From positions 1,515,404-1,579,403 of the forward strand of contig CP070719.1 of the NCBI GenBank assembly GCA_020350725.1: a DNA stretch of 64,000 nt. The letters run 5' to 3'. Positions 30,731-41,057 of the stretch are shown in pieces; the first letter of the stretch is position 1, and each line of letters starts with the position of its first letter. The stretch comes from a bacterium. Its GTDB lineage: Bacteria; BMS3Abin14. The position numbers and the translations under genes were made by a program. The notes under the pieces are model-generated. The model was not told the DNA's origin. It searched no databases and worked only from the letters and a program-made list of their open reading frames with translations.

Positions 30731-32716
30731 ATGATGATGGATGAGAAAACACCTACCGCCGACCAGGACACCGAGGAGGTGACCACTGCCAACATTGATG
30801 TTGATGCAGAGGAAAACGAGAAAGCTCCGGACGCGGGAGTTTCCGACGAGGAGACGGAAGAGGAGGACTTTGCCTCCCTTTACGAAGAAAGCATCCGTGA
30901 CCTGAGGGAGCGTGAGGTCGTCAACGGCAGCGTTGTGGGGATCACAGACGATGGAGTATTGGTGGACGTCGGCTATAAGTCCGAGGGCGTGATCCCCAAG
31001 AAACAGTTCTGTGACGAGAATGGCGAGCTCACCGTTAAGGTAGGCGATACGGTGGAGGTATTTCTCGAGAAGAAGGAGGATTCCGAGGGCCTCATATATC
31101 TGTCCAAGGAGAAAGCGGACAAGATGAAGGTCTGGAACGACATCGGAAAGTCGTACGAGGAGAATCGCCCCATAACCGGCAAGATCATCTCCCGCATCAA
31201 GGGAGGGTTGACGGTGGACATCGGTGTCAAGGCCTTTCTCCCCGGCTCCCAGGTTGACATCCGGCCGATAAGGAACCTGGATCGACTGGTGGGTGAGGAC
31301 TTCTTCTTCAAGATCATCAAATTCAATCCCCGCCGGGGAAACGTAGTCCTCTCGCGACGGGTGCTCCTGGAGGAGGAGAGGGAAAACAAGAAAGAAGAGA
31401 CCCTCAAGATCCTCGAGGAAGGATCGGTCATGGAGGGTATCGTCAAGAATATAACCGATTACGGTGCCTTCATCGACCTGGGGGGCATTGACGGTCTCCT
31501 TCACATCACCGATCTCTCATGGGGAAGGATGCAGCATCCCTCAGAAATCCTGACGGTCGGTTTGAAGGTCGAGGTCAAAGTGTTGAAGTTCGACCGGGAG
31601 AAGGAGAGGGTTTCCCTGGGCATGAAACAGCTCACTGAGGATCCGTGGGAATCGGTTCAGGTCAAATATCCCATCGAATCGAGGGTCACCGGCACAGTAG
31701 TGAGCGTCACCGACTACGGTGCTTTTGTAAAACTCGAGGACGGCGTGGAGGGCCTGGTCCACATCTCCGAGATGACCTGGAACCGGAAGATCAAACACCC
31801 CTCTAAACTGGTGGAGGTCGGGGATAAGGTCGAGGCGGAGGTCCTCAGCATAGACATGGAGAACCGCCGCATCTCGCTGGGAATGAAACAGGTTGAGCCG
31901 AATCCCTGGGACGTCGTCGCCCAGAAATACCCTGAGGGCAGCGTCATAGAGGGAAAGGTCAGGACCCTGACCGATTTTGGAGCTTTTGTGGGCCTCGAAG
32001 AGGGCATCGACGGCCTCATCCACGTCAGCGACATCTCATGGACCCAGAAGGTCAACCACCCTTCGGAAATCCTCAAGAAGGGTGATAACGTAAGGGCTGT
32101 GGTCCTCAGCGTCGACAAGGAAAGGGAGAGGCTTTCCCTCGGCCTCAAGCAGCTGACCACCAATCCCTGGGAGGATATGGAAGCCAAATTCCCTGTCGGA
32201 TCGGTCGTTAAGGGAAGGGTCGTCAGCCATGCCGATTTTGGAACGTTCGTCGAGATCTTCGACGGTATAGAGGGGCTCATTCACATCTCCGAGATGGATC
32301 TGGATGACGGCCAGAGATCAGAAGAGGTCTACCCACCCGATTCAGAGGTGAAGGTCAAGATCCTCGGTTTGGACCGTGACGAGAGAAAGATCAGTCTGAG
32401 CATCGCAGCTGTCAAAGAGGGTGCCGGCGGCAAGCACTACTCCTCCTATCTGAACTCGAGCCAGGGAGGAGGGACCCTGGGTGACATTCTGGGAGAGTCG
32501 CTGGCCGCCCACAAACCGGAGTCCGAGAATGAGGCCCTGGGGGGCGCCGCCGATGACAGTGAGGATCCGGCGGCACAGACAGAGACAGCCCCTGAACCGG
32601 AGATAGCCGAGGGGAGTGAAGCGGACGCCGAGACCGGTCTGACCGGCGAGGAAGAGGAGAGCCAGGGCGAAGATGGGGCCCCCGATGACGAGGAGAAGGA
32701 AGAGCAGACTTCCTGA
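30731..32716 (+). CDS. rpsA: 30S ribosomal protein S1 with long acidic termini
   Basis: Six S1 repeats (DYGAF…GL.HIS…SLG.KQ). Confidence 0.97.
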   Translation: MMMDEKTPTADQDTEEVTTANIDVDAEENEKAPDAGVSDEETEEEDFASLYEESIRDLREREVVNGSVVGITDDGVLVDVGYKSEGVIPKKQFCDENGELTVKVGDTVEVFLEKKEDSEGLIYLSKEKADKMKVWNDIGKSYEENRPITGKIISRIKGGLTVDIGVKAFLPGSQVDIRPIRNLDRLVGEDFFFKIIKFNPRRGNVVLSRRVLLEEERENKKEETLKILEEGSVMEGIVKNITDYGAFIDLGGIDGLLHITDLSWGRMQHPSEILTVGLKVEVKVLKFDREKERVSLGMKQLTEDPWESVQVKYPIESRVTGTVVSVTDYGAFVKLEDGVEGLVHISEMTWNRKIKHPSKLVEVGDKVEAEVLSIDMENRRISLGMKQVEPNPWDVVAQKYPEGSVIEGKVRTLTDFGAFVGLEEGIDGLIHVSDISWTQKVNHPSEILKKGDNVRAVVLSVDKERERLSLGLKQLTTNPWEDMEAKFPVGSVVKGRVVSHADFGTFVEIFDGIEGLIHISEMDLDDGQRSEEVYPPDSEVKVKILGLDRDERKISLSIAAVKEGAGGKHYSSYLNSSQGGGTLGDILGESLAAHKPESENEALGGAADDSEDPAAQTETAPEPEIAEGSEADAETGLTGEEEESQGEDGAPDDEEKEEQTS

Positions 32717-32741
32717 TCACTCGCGAAATAAAGTAAAATAG

Positions 32742-32790
32742 AGCTGTGAGACCCAGGTTCTTCACCGGAAGGGGATCGCAGCTTTTTTTT
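32742..32790 (+). terminator. Putative terminator after rpsA
   Basis: AGCTGTGA…TCGCAGCT stem followed by a T-run. Confidence 0.55.
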
Positions 32791-32815
32791 ATCATCCGCA
32801 CCGCAGGGAGGAGAG

Positions 32816-33703
32816 ATGAGTAGAGGAGTCAAGGCCATTGTCTTCATCGCCATCGTTTCGGTGGCCGTCGCCTTCGCCGTAGGCCTGTCCGGCCGGGGCC
32901 GCCTGGACCTGTTTCCCTCAGAGGCCCTCGGGGTTCTGAGGATCGAAGGGGCCATCCTCGACGTCGATTGGTACATGGAGCAGGTGGAGATCCTCAGATC
33001 CGATCATTCCGTCAAGGCGGTCGTCCTCAGGATCGACAGTCCCGGCGGTGCTATCGCTCCCACCCAGGAACTCCATGCGGAACTGGTCAAACTGAGGGAG
33101 GAAAAACCCCTGGTTGTGTCCATGGGCACGGTGGCTGCCTCCGGCGGATATTACCTGAGCTGTGCCGGTGAGTGGATCGTCTGTAATCCGGGCACCATAA
33201 CGGGCAGCATCGGCGTCATAATGGAACTGACCAACCTGGAGGAACTGTTCGGAAAGCTTGGCATCAAAAGCCGAACCATCAAGAGCGGTGACCATAAGGA
33301 CATGGGCTCACCCTTCCGGGAGCTCACGCCGGAGGAAGAGAAACTGCTCCTGGACATGATCATGGATACTCATGAACAGTTTGTGGAGACGGTTATGGAA
33401 GCCCGCCGGGTAGACTATGAGGCGATCGCTCCCTATTTCGACGGGAGGGTTTTCACGGGCAGACAGGCCCTGAAGCTCGGCCTCGTCGATGAGCTCGGAA
33501 ACATCAATGACGCCATGCGCAAAGCCTCGGAGCTGGCCGGATTGAAGGAGGTGCCCGAAGAGATCTTCGAGCCGGAGCAGAAGAGGAGGGGACTTCTGTC
33601 CATCCTTTTCGGTCGGTCGTTGTTGAAAAAACTCGATGCGCTGGTGGACGCGGCGGGATGGGGAGGGGCGGACCGGGCCCTTCAGCTCTGGCGGGCCTTC
33701 TGA
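32816..33703 (+). CDS. sppA: Signal peptide peptidase SppA (S49, short form)
   Basis: RIDSPGG, AASGGYY, TGSIGV, DGRVFTG. Confidence 0.93.
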   Translation: MSRGVKAIVFIAIVSVAVAFAVGLSGRGRLDLFPSEALGVLRIEGAILDVDWYMEQVEILRSDHSVKAVVLRIDSPGGAIAPTQELHAELVKLREEKPLVVSMGTVAASGGYYLSCAGEWIVCNPGTITGSIGVIMELTNLEELFGKLGIKSRTIKSGDHKDMGSPFRELTPEEEKLLLDMIMDTHEQFVETVMEARRVDYEAIAPYFDGRVFTGRQALKLGLVDELGNINDAMRKASELAGLKEVPEEIFEPEQKRRGLLSILFGRSLLKKLDALVDAAGWGGADRALQLWRAF

Positions 33704-34026
33704 GCGAAGCAGGAAACAGGAGGCATTCGCCCTCACTCATCTATCCGGCCCGATCTGCAGTCGACCCGGATGCCGGCACCCGGAGGAAAAGGGAAACGGG
33801 ATGTTGAAAATACGATATTTTCTGGAACCTCCCGCCTCCCCTGTGGTCCAATGATCCTGTGTTCCTATTAATAATATCCCATCTCCTGTTTCGGATTATT
33901 CCGGCTTCCGATTCCATGCCCTTCGATGCTTGAATGACATCTATCCTAAAGCCTTGACTTTCCACGTTTTTTTGTTTAGCCTTTTTCTTGTCCATATCGA
34001 ACAGGGTGGCTTCAGGAGGAGGGAAC

Positions 34027-34305
34027 ATGACCAAAGCTGAGCTCATCGAAGCTCTGGTTGACAGGATCGACCGGTTGACCAAGAAAGAAGCGGAGATGAT
34101 CGTCAACGTTGTTCTCAAGAGCATAGCCGACTCCCTGGCCAACGGCAGGAAGGTCGAACTCAGGGGGTTCGGCAGCTTCAAGGTCAAGGAGCGTCGGGCG
34201 CGTGAGGGGAGAAACCCAAAGACAGGCGAAAGAGTGAGTGTGGATGCTAAGCGGGTCCCCTATTTCAAGGCCGGCAAGGAACTCAGGGACCGGGTGAATT
34301 CCTAG
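34027..34305 (+). CDS. ihfB: Integration host factor beta / HU family
   Basis: MTKAELI, ELRGFGSF, GRNPKTG, FKAGKELR; position downstream of rpsA. Confidence 0.88.
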   Translation: MTKAELIEALVDRIDRLTKKEAEMIVNVVLKSIADSLANGRKVELRGFGSFKVKERRAREGRNPKTGERVSVDAKRVPYFKAGKELRDRVNS

Positions 34306-34313
34306 CTTATCTG

Positions 34314-34346
34314 ATCCAAAATCCAACCTCCAAAATCCAAAATTCA
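34314..34346. repeat. AATCCAA-type heptamer array
   Basis: atccaa aatccaa cctccaa aatccaa aattca. Confidence 0.7.
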
Positions 34347-34558
34347 GGGTGACATGTACGGACCTTTGGGACAGTGCGCCTGATCCTTTCATGCCCCCCC
34401 TCCTTGAGTCTCACGCCTCCCTTTCAATCCTCCCCTCCCTGACACCCAGTCTCTGCGATCCACATTCCGGCTCCCGGATCCCAAATGCCGGCCTGGCAGC
34501 TTTACTTTTAATGTTCCCGGTGTAAAATACTGCAGGTTAAATACGATCGGGAGGGAAA

Positions 34559-35302
34559 ATGTCTGGTCATTCCAAATGGGCCAACATCAAGAGGCGCAAG
34601 GGGGCACAGGACGCTCAGCGAGGCAAGATCTTCTCCAAACTCAACCGTGAGATCATTGTGTCGGCCAAGTTGGGCGGCGGCGATCCCGATGCCAACCCCC
34701 GCCTTCGACAGGCGATAAGCAAGGCCCGGGCTGCCAATATGCCGACGGACACCATTGATCGGGCGATCAAAAAAGGAACCGGTGACCTGGATGGGGTCAA
34801 TTACGAGGAGGTCACCTACGAGGGATATGGTCCGGCAGGCGTCGCCATCCTCGTCGAAACCCTGACGGATAACAGGAAAAGGACGGTCAGCGAGGTCCGG
34901 CATCTCTTCTCGAAATACAGCGGCAATCTGGGAGAAGCGGGCTGCGTTGCCTGGATTTTCCAGATGTCTTCCCTCTTCGTTTTTCAGAAGGAAGGTGTTG
35001 ATTCCGATCATCTGGTCGAGGTCGCCCTGGAGCACGGTGTCGAAGATATCAGGGAGGAGGACGGGGAGATCGAGGTTGTGGCAACCCCCGACAAGTTCCA
35101 GATGATCAAGGACGCTTTTGACACGGCCGAGATCGAATACCAGGTCGCGGAGGTGACCATGATCCCCCAGAACACGGTCTCTCTCGAGGGTAAAAAGGCT
35201 GAACAGGCCCTCAGGCTTGTCGAGGCCCTGGAGGAGAGCGACGACGTTCAGAGAGTATTTGCCAACTTCGACATCCCCGAAGACGTTCTGGAGTCCATCT
35301 AG
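34559..35302 (+). CDS. yebC: YebC/PmpR family protein
   Basis: MSGHSKWANIK, YEGYGPAG, TDN. Confidence 0.96.
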   Translation: MSGHSKWANIKRRKGAQDAQRGKIFSKLNREIIVSAKLGGGDPDANPRLRQAISKARAANMPTDTIDRAIKKGTGDLDGVNYEEVTYEGYGPAGVAILVETLTDNRKRTVSEVRHLFSKYSGNLGEAGCVAWIFQMSSLFVFQKEGVDSDHLVEVALEHGVEDIREEDGEIEVVATPDKFQMIKDAFDTAEIEYQVAEVTMIPQNTVSLEGKKAEQALRLVEALEESDDVQRVFANFDIPEDVLESI

Positions 35303-35309
35303 AGGTCCG

Positions 35310-35795
35310 ATGCGCGTCCTCGGTGTCGATCCGAGCCTGAGGTCCACCGGCTACGCTGTTGTTGACGGGGACCGTAACCGACAGCAGGTTGTCGAGTACG
35401 GATTGATAAGAACCAGATCCTCCGAACCTATTGAGCAGTCTCTGGCCCAAATCGCCGACTCACTGGACAATATCCTCCGCCAGCATCAGCCGGATTGCCT
35501 CGCCATAGAGGACATCTACACGGCCAGAAACAACCGGGTTGCGCTGCAGCTGGGACACGTCAGAGGGGTGGTGATCCTCGTGTGCCGGCGTTCCGGACTC
35601 CCCGCCGCCCAATACTCCGCAACCCGGATCAAAGAAACGGTGGCCGGTTACGGCCGAGCCGGAAAGGAGCAGGTCCAGTACATGGTAAAGCGCACCCTTG
35701 GTCTCACCGAGACACCGCCCCAGGACGCTGCGGACGCACTGGCGGCAGCCCTGACCCACCTTTTCTGGCAGGAAGGGCCGGGGGAGGACAGTTGA
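35310..35795 (+). CDS. ruvC: Holliday junction resolvase
   Basis: MRVLGVDP, G.GRA.KEQV, DAADALA. Confidence 0.95.
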   Translation: MRVLGVDPSLRSTGYAVVDGDRNRQQVVEYGLIRTRSSEPIEQSLAQIADSLDNILRQHQPDCLAIEDIYTARNNRVALQLGHVRGVVILVCRRSGLPAAQYSATRIKETVAGYGRAGKEQVQYMVKRTLGLTETPPQDAADALAAALTHLFWQEGPGEDS

Positions 35796-36406
35796 TCGCC
35801 CTGGTAAAAGGACGGCTTTTCAAAAAGGACACTTCCGGTACGGTCATCGTCGACTCGGGCTCGGTGGGATACCGTATTTTTGTCTCCCTGAACACGCTCT
35901 TCGCCCTCCCCGAGGAGGGTGAGGATGTCACCCTCCACACCGTGACAGTGGTACGCGAGGACGCTATGAACCTCTATGGGTTCGCTGAACCGGAAGAGAT
36001 GAAATTCTTCAATCTCCTTGTTCAGGTAAAGGGAGTAGGTCCCCGCCTTGCCCTCTCCCTGTTGAGTGGAATTAAGACGAGGGACCTCGCAAATGCCATC
36101 TCCAAGCAGGACTCAGGGTGGATCTGCGCCGTTCCGGGAGTAGGACGGAAAACGGCCGAACGCATCATCCTGGAACTCAAGGACAAGGTCGAGCCCATGG
36201 AGGGGTATGCAAAGCCATCTTCCTTAGGCCTCGATGAGCAGATTGCCGCAGATGTCGTATCCGCTCTTGTCAATCTGGGATACAGGGCCTCGGACAGCCG
36301 AGCCTCCCTTGGCAGGATCATGGAGGGAAGGGAGGATCCCCTGCCTTTCAATGAGCTTATCAGAAAGTGTCTGGCCGATCTCACCGGCAGGAAAGCCAAT
36401 GGATGA
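35792..36406 (+). CDS. ruvA: Holliday junction branch migration protein A
   Basis: TTG start, VREDA..LYGF, GVGP, PGVG.KTAERI, AL..LGY. Confidence 0.95.
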   Translation: MIALVKGRLFKKDTSGTVIVDSGSVGYRIFVSLNTLFALPEEGEDVTLHTVTVVREDAMNLYGFAEPEEMKFFNLLVQVKGVGPRLALSLLSGIKTRDLANAISKQDSGWICAVPGVGRKTAERIILELKDKVEPMEGYAKPSSLGLDEQIAADVVSALVNLGYRASDSRASLGRIMEGREDPLPFNELIRKCLADLTGRKANG

Positions 36407-37430
36407 CGAGCGCACCGTAAACCCCCAGCAGTCTATCGACGAAGCCGCCTTCGAGGCCACCATCCGGCCGAGACGGCTTGATGAATATGTCGGTCAGTCC
36501 AACGTCAAGGAGAACCTCAAGGTCTTCATCGAGGCGGCCAAGGAACGGAAGGAACCCCTGGACCACGTTCTCCTCTACGGCCCACCGGGGCTTGGCAAAA
36601 CGACCCTGGCCCACATTCTGGCCAATGAGCTGGACGTGGACATACGCGCCACCTCCGGTCCGGCACTGGAAAGGTCAGGTGACCTGGCCGCGATCCTCAC
36701 CAACCTGGAAGTAAGGGGCGTGCTGTTTGTGGACGAGATCCACAGGATGAACAGGATTGTAGAGGAAGTGCTCTACCCCGCCATGGAGGACTACTCCATC
36801 GACCTCATCATCGGAAAAGGCCCCGGTGCGCGAACGGTCAAGCTTGATCTTCCCCACTTTACCCTGATCGGGGCCACCACCCGTATGGGCCTTCTTTCAT
36901 CTCCGTTTCGAGACAGATTCGGCGTCGTCTGCCGGCTCGAGTTCTACACAGAGGAGGAGTTGACCCGTATCGTCCGGCGCTCAGCCAACATCCTCGGAGT
37001 GGACCTGGAGCCGAAGGCTGCCGGGGAGATCGCCCGAAGATCCAGGGGAACGCCCAGGATCGCCAACCGCCTCCTCAGGAGGGCACGGGATTTTGCCCAG
37101 GTCGAGGGCGATGGAATCATCTCCCTGGAGGTCTCCCGTCATACCCTGGAGCGGCTGGAGATAGACGATCGGGGCTTCGACAATCTGGACAGGTTGGTCC
37201 TCCTGGCCGTCATCGACAAGTTCGGGGGCGGGCCGGTGGGCATCGACACCATCGCGGCTGCGGTGGGCGAGGAGCGCGATACCATCGAGGACATCTGTGA
37301 ACCCTACCTCCTTCAGGAGGGTTTTCTGCAACGGACGCCGCGGGGACGCCTGGCCACGGAGGCCGCCTTTCGACACCTGGGCCGGAAACCGACGGGGAAG
37401 GGGGGTTCCCAGAAGGGGCTGTTCGAGTAG
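36399..37430 (+). CDS. ruvB: Holliday junction branch migration helicase B
   Basis: [32 protein letters not shown]. Confidence 0.97.
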   Translation: MDDERTVNPQQSIDEAAFEATIRPRRLDEYVGQSNVKENLKVFIEAAKERKEPLDHVLLYGPPGLGKTTLAHILANELDVDIRATSGPALERSGDLAAILTNLEVRGVLFVDEIHRMNRIVEEVLYPAMEDYSIDLIIGKGPGARTVKLDLPHFTLIGATTRMGLLSSPFRDRFGVVCRLEFYTEEELTRIVRRSANILGVDLEPKAAGEIARRSRGTPRIANRLLRRARDFAQVEGDGIISLEVSRHTLERLEIDDRGFDNLDRLVLLAVIDKFGGGPVGIDTIAAAVGEERDTIEDICEPYLLQEGFLQRTPRGRLATEAAFRHLGRKPTGKGGSQKGLFE

Positions 37431-37439
37431 GACAAGGGC

Positions 37440-37630
37440 AATCCAAAATTCAAAATCCAAAACGAAAATAGCCAAACATCAGGATTCCGGATTCAAAACA
37501 GATTGCGATGCCATTGGCCATCCCATCCAGGCGTACAAAGACTTCTCGGCACTTACCCATTACGCCATCTTTGGGATTCCTTGATTATCTGGGCCCGGAT
37601 TTGGTTTTTATTTTGGATCTTGGACTTTGA
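37440..37630. repeat. Inverted pair of heptamer arrays between convergent genes
   Basis: aatccaa aattcaa aatccaa (37440-37460) and ...tttggat cttggac tttga (to about 37630). Confidence 0.65.
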
Positions 37631-37683
37631 ATTCGCTTAAAGGCCTGGTTCTCAGCACTGCAGCGATAGTGGGCCGTCAGGGC

Positions 37684-38979
37684 CTATTGCTCCTTCCATA
37701 TCTCCAGCTCGAGGGACGAGGGCGTGACCTGCTCCACGAAGACCTTGAGCTGGGCAAAATCCATTTTCAGGATTTCCTCGGCGAAACCCTGGGAGGACGT
37801 GAAGACCTCGAGGACCTGCGATGAAGAATGGGTCGTAAACACCGGGTTTTCAAGGCTCCCTATGTATTTCGACTGCCTGAGGAGGCTCAGGATGAAATCC
37901 TTCTGGTCCAGCTGACTCATGTTGACGTAGGCAAATTCGATCCTCAGGGGGTCGAAGATGTATCCCAGAGCGGCGAGGCCTTCGGCCAGGGCGTCGATGG
38001 CGACTCGAACTTCTCTGGTGACGAAATACCTGTTGCCTATGAGTTTTTCCTGTTCGTGGAGGGTGACGAAATAGTCTGAATAGTTGAGCAGGCCCAGAAG
38101 GTTCGACAGGGGATCATCCGTATCCAGAGGGTCCCTGTCGAGATGAATGCCGAGGTCATCGATGCATCCGCGGATCGGCTCGTGGGAAAAGAGACCGACG
38201 CCAAGGAGGCGGATGGACTCGAGTACCGTCTGACGGGTGGCGTCTCTGCGGGCCAGGTCCCTGGTCAGTTCGAGCTCCTGCTCGAAACTGTCGTTGCCCG
38301 TGAAGCTCTTCTGCCAGCGCCCCTCGTCGTAAAATCCGCATAGCGCGGCCATACCGGTCACGGTCACGATCTCTGACCTGTCAACCACCATCGGCGGGCC
38401 GGGAGGAACGGCCACCGCGACGTCCTCCTCGATGAGACTCTCGATGCTGGCCAGAAGCGATGGCTCCTTCTCCGGGGTGTATCCGCGATAATAGGATGCG
38501 ATCCGGCCGTTCCGGTCAATGAGAACGAGGGTCGGGAGGTACGCGCCCCGGTAGAGGGTGAATACCTTCGAGTCCTGGTCAAAGAGCACGGGGTATGTTA
38601 TCTTTCCGCGGAAATTCTCCAGTCGGGTCAGAAACCGGCGAATGCGGTCGATGGAAACCCTGATGTCCTCGTTGATGGCCAAAATAACGAGGTCCTTTCC
38701 TTTGTATTTTTCCTCCAGTTTCTGCAGGGAAAGCATCTCCTCAACACAGGATTCGCAATAGATGGACCAGAAACTCAGAACTATGGGTGTGTTGCCGATG
38801 AAGTTGGACAGGTCGAAATCGACGCCGCGGACGTCGGGCAGATTGAAGGAGGGAGCCGGGCCTCCCGAAGGGAGGGGCTCGGATAACTGCTGGGCGGCCA
38901 CCTCCTGGGCTGAAGCCCCTGAGGACGCAACCAGAACGATCAGGATCAAAAGGGATGCCGAGAGAATCTTCGCCCTCAT
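37684..38979 (-). CDS. Secreted TlpA/ResA-like thioredoxin-fold protein with a large unknown C-terminal domain
   Basis: Signal peptide; APSFNL, FWSIYCESC, YPVLFD, PT..LIDRNG; about 240 further residues not recognised. Confidence 0.78.
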   Translation of the reverse strand: MRAKILSASLLILIVLVASSGASAQEVAAQQLSEPLPSGGPAPSFNLPDVRGVDFDLSNFIGNTPIVLSFWSIYCESCVEEMLSLQKLEEKYKGKDLVILAINEDIRVSIDRIRRFLTRLENFRGKITYPVLFDQDSKVFTLYRGAYLPTLVLIDRNGRIASYYRGYTPEKEPSLLASIESLIEEDVAVAVPPGPPMVVDRSEIVTVTGMAALCGFYDEGRWQKSFTGNDSFEQELELTRDLARRDATRQTVLESIRLLGVGLFSHEPIRGCIDDLGIHLDRDPLDTDDPLSNLLGLLNYSDYFVTLHEQEKLIGNRYFVTREVRVAIDALAEGLAALGYIFDPLRIEFAYVNMSQLDQKDFILSLLRQSKYIGSLENPVFTTHSSSQVLEVFTSSQGFAEEILKMDFAQLKVFVEQVTPSSLELEIWKEQ

Positions 38980-39032
38980 AGTGCAGACTCCTTTCCCGTA
39001 GGGACGCCCGCAGGATAAGATCGGGTAACATT

Positions 39033-39857
39033 ATGAAGATACATGGAGAATATCGATCCCGCAAGGTGGTAGCGGCCATCTTCATCGTCTTCCTCCTTGC
39101 AGGTGGGATCTATCCCGCCGTCTGTTCCGCCGATGTGGTGGCCGAGATCATCGACGGTGACACGGTGGTCATGGGTGACGGCAGCCGGGTGCGTCTGGTG
39201 GGGGTCGACTCACCCGAGGCTGGCGAACCCTGGTCCAGGGAGGCCGCTGACTGGATGGAGCGCGAAAGCAGGGGAAAGGATATCCGGCTTGTCAAATGTG
39301 AGGAGAGGGACAAGTACGGACGGATACTCGCCGTCCTCGTCCGAGGGAAGGACAACCTGAACCTGAAGCTCCTCGCGGAAGGTCTTGCCGTTCCCATGCT
39401 GATCCCTCCCTGCGGGAAGCTTCTCGTCCCCGATGCGATGAAACGCGCCGCAGAGGCGCTGCTCAACGGGCGGGGACTCTATTCACAGCCGGAATTTCAG
39501 ATCGTTGGCCACGGCCGTTCCCGGGACCTCATCGGGCGGAGCGGGGTGGTCCGGGGGAGGATCCGCTCCCTATACAGAGGCCCGAAGGCCACCCACCTGA
39601 ACTTCGGACCCGACTGGCGTACCGATTTCACGGCGGTCATCTTCTCCCAGGGAAGGGCAAGATTTCAGGCCCTCGGACTCGAGGTCGGCGAGCTGGTGGG
39701 ACGTGAGGTGCTCGTCATCGGTCCTGTCCGTGAGTATAATGGACCCGAGATCGTGGTACGATATCCCGAGCAGATTTTACCCCTTGCCGGGCCCATCCCC
39801 GGGGGGGAGCCGGGTCCCATGGGGGAGGATCCGGCAGGGAAGAGAGATGTCGATTAG
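39033..39857 (+). CDS. Thermonuclease (SNase-like) with C-terminal OB-fold domain, exported
   Basis: IDGDT, VRLVGVDSPE, DKYGRILA; C-terminal HLNFG…FTAVIF…GPEI. Confidence 0.85.
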   Translation: MKIHGEYRSRKVVAAIFIVFLLAGGIYPAVCSADVVAEIIDGDTVVMGDGSRVRLVGVDSPEAGEPWSREAADWMERESRGKDIRLVKCEERDKYGRILAVLVRGKDNLNLKLLAEGLAVPMLIPPCGKLLVPDAMKRAAEALLNGRGLYSQPEFQIVGHGRSRDLIGRSGVVRGRIRSLYRGPKATHLNFGPDWRTDFTAVIFSQGRARFQALGLEVGELVGREVLVIGPVREYNGPEIVVRYPEQILPLAGPIPGGEPGPMGEDPAGKRDVD

Positions 39858-41054
39858 ATGAACCGCACTGCAGGCCTGCTCATAATTTCTGCTGTGGGGA
39901 TCCTGGCCCTGGTCCTCATGGGCCAGGTCTTGCGGCAGAGGGTTGTACCGGACATTGACCCGGGAGGGTCGGCGAAACTGGAGAGGGCTTCCCACCTGAA
40001 CCAGGAGGGACTGGCTAAGTTGACAGAGGGGCGTCCGGCAGAGGCTGTGGTGGTTTTCCGGGCGGCGCGGGATCTGCAGCCGGGCAACGCGGCCATTTCG
40101 CACAACCTCTCCCTGGGGCTGGCCCGGGTCGCGATGTCCAGATCGGACAAAGGGGACGTAAGGAGCGCCAGGGACCTCCTCGGCGAGGCCCTTGACGTGT
40201 GGCCCGAGAATCCGGAGGCGTTAAGGGTCATGGCGGCGATCCAATACCGCGCCGGACAGTACAGAGAGGCACGGAAGACAGCTCTCCGGCTGAACGGACT
40301 TTACCCGGGCGACATGGACGTCGAACAGTTCATTGTCCATCTCGAGGCCAATATCAGGGAAGCTGAGGGCATGGTGTCCGAGGAGGGACATCATTTCCGT
40401 CTCCTCTACAGCGGTGATAGGCGGCTGGAGTTCGAAGGAGAATTCCTCCTGCTCCTGCAGGACGAGATGGATTCCCTGACCTCATTGATGGGGTACTTTC
40501 CGTCGGATGTGATCGAGGTCCTCCTGATGACAGAGGATCTGGGGGAGAGGTCAACTCCCGAGGATCCCCTCCTGTCGGCACTGTATGACGGCAAGATCAG
40601 GGTCTATCTGGTGGGGCATGTCGGCAGTGAGGAGGACCTGAGAAAGATCGTTCGCCACGAGATGGTCCACGCCCTTCTTCACCGTGCGGGCGGTATTCTT
40701 CCCGGCTGGTTTCAGGAGGGACTGGCTCAGTTTCTCGGTGACAGGCTCGCCGAGGAGGGTCCCGCCATGAGAAGCTATCTGCTCATGAGGCTCAGGGATG
40801 GGTATGTGCTCGATCTCAGCGGGATCGGGGAGAGCTTTATCCAGCTGGCCGAGGACGAGCGAACAACAGCGTATGCAGCCAGTTACCTCTTCCTGGAATA
40901 TCTGATAAGGACCTACGGTGAGAATCTGATTCCCATTATTCTCGGGGAACTGGAGAGGGGTGTCGCCCTTGAGGCGGTTCTGCGCGAGCTCACGGGAAAA
41001 GATGTGGCGGCGCTTCAGACGGATTTCCTGACAGACATCAGGAGAGGAGGATAG
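39858..41054 (+). CDS. TPR + peptidase MA-like (HExxH) protein
   Basis: N-terminal TM, TPR-like helices, HEMVH…PGWFQEGLA. Confidence 0.78.
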   Translation: MNRTAGLLIISAVGILALVLMGQVLRQRVVPDIDPGGSAKLERASHLNQEGLAKLTEGRPAEAVVVFRAARDLQPGNAAISHNLSLGLARVAMSRSDKGDVRSARDLLGEALDVWPENPEALRVMAAIQYRAGQYREARKTALRLNGLYPGDMDVEQFIVHLEANIREAEGMVSEEGHHFRLLYSGDRRLEFEGEFLLLLQDEMDSLTSLMGYFPSDVIEVLLMTEDLGERSTPEDPLLSALYDGKIRVYLVGHVGSEEDLRKIVRHEMVHALLHRAGGILPGWFQEGLAQFLGDRLAEEGPAMRSYLLMRLRDGYVLDLSGIGESFIQLAEDERTTAYAASYLFLEYLIRTYGENLIPIILGELERGVALEAVLRELTGKDVAALQTDFLTDIRRGG

Positions 41055-41057
41055 GCG

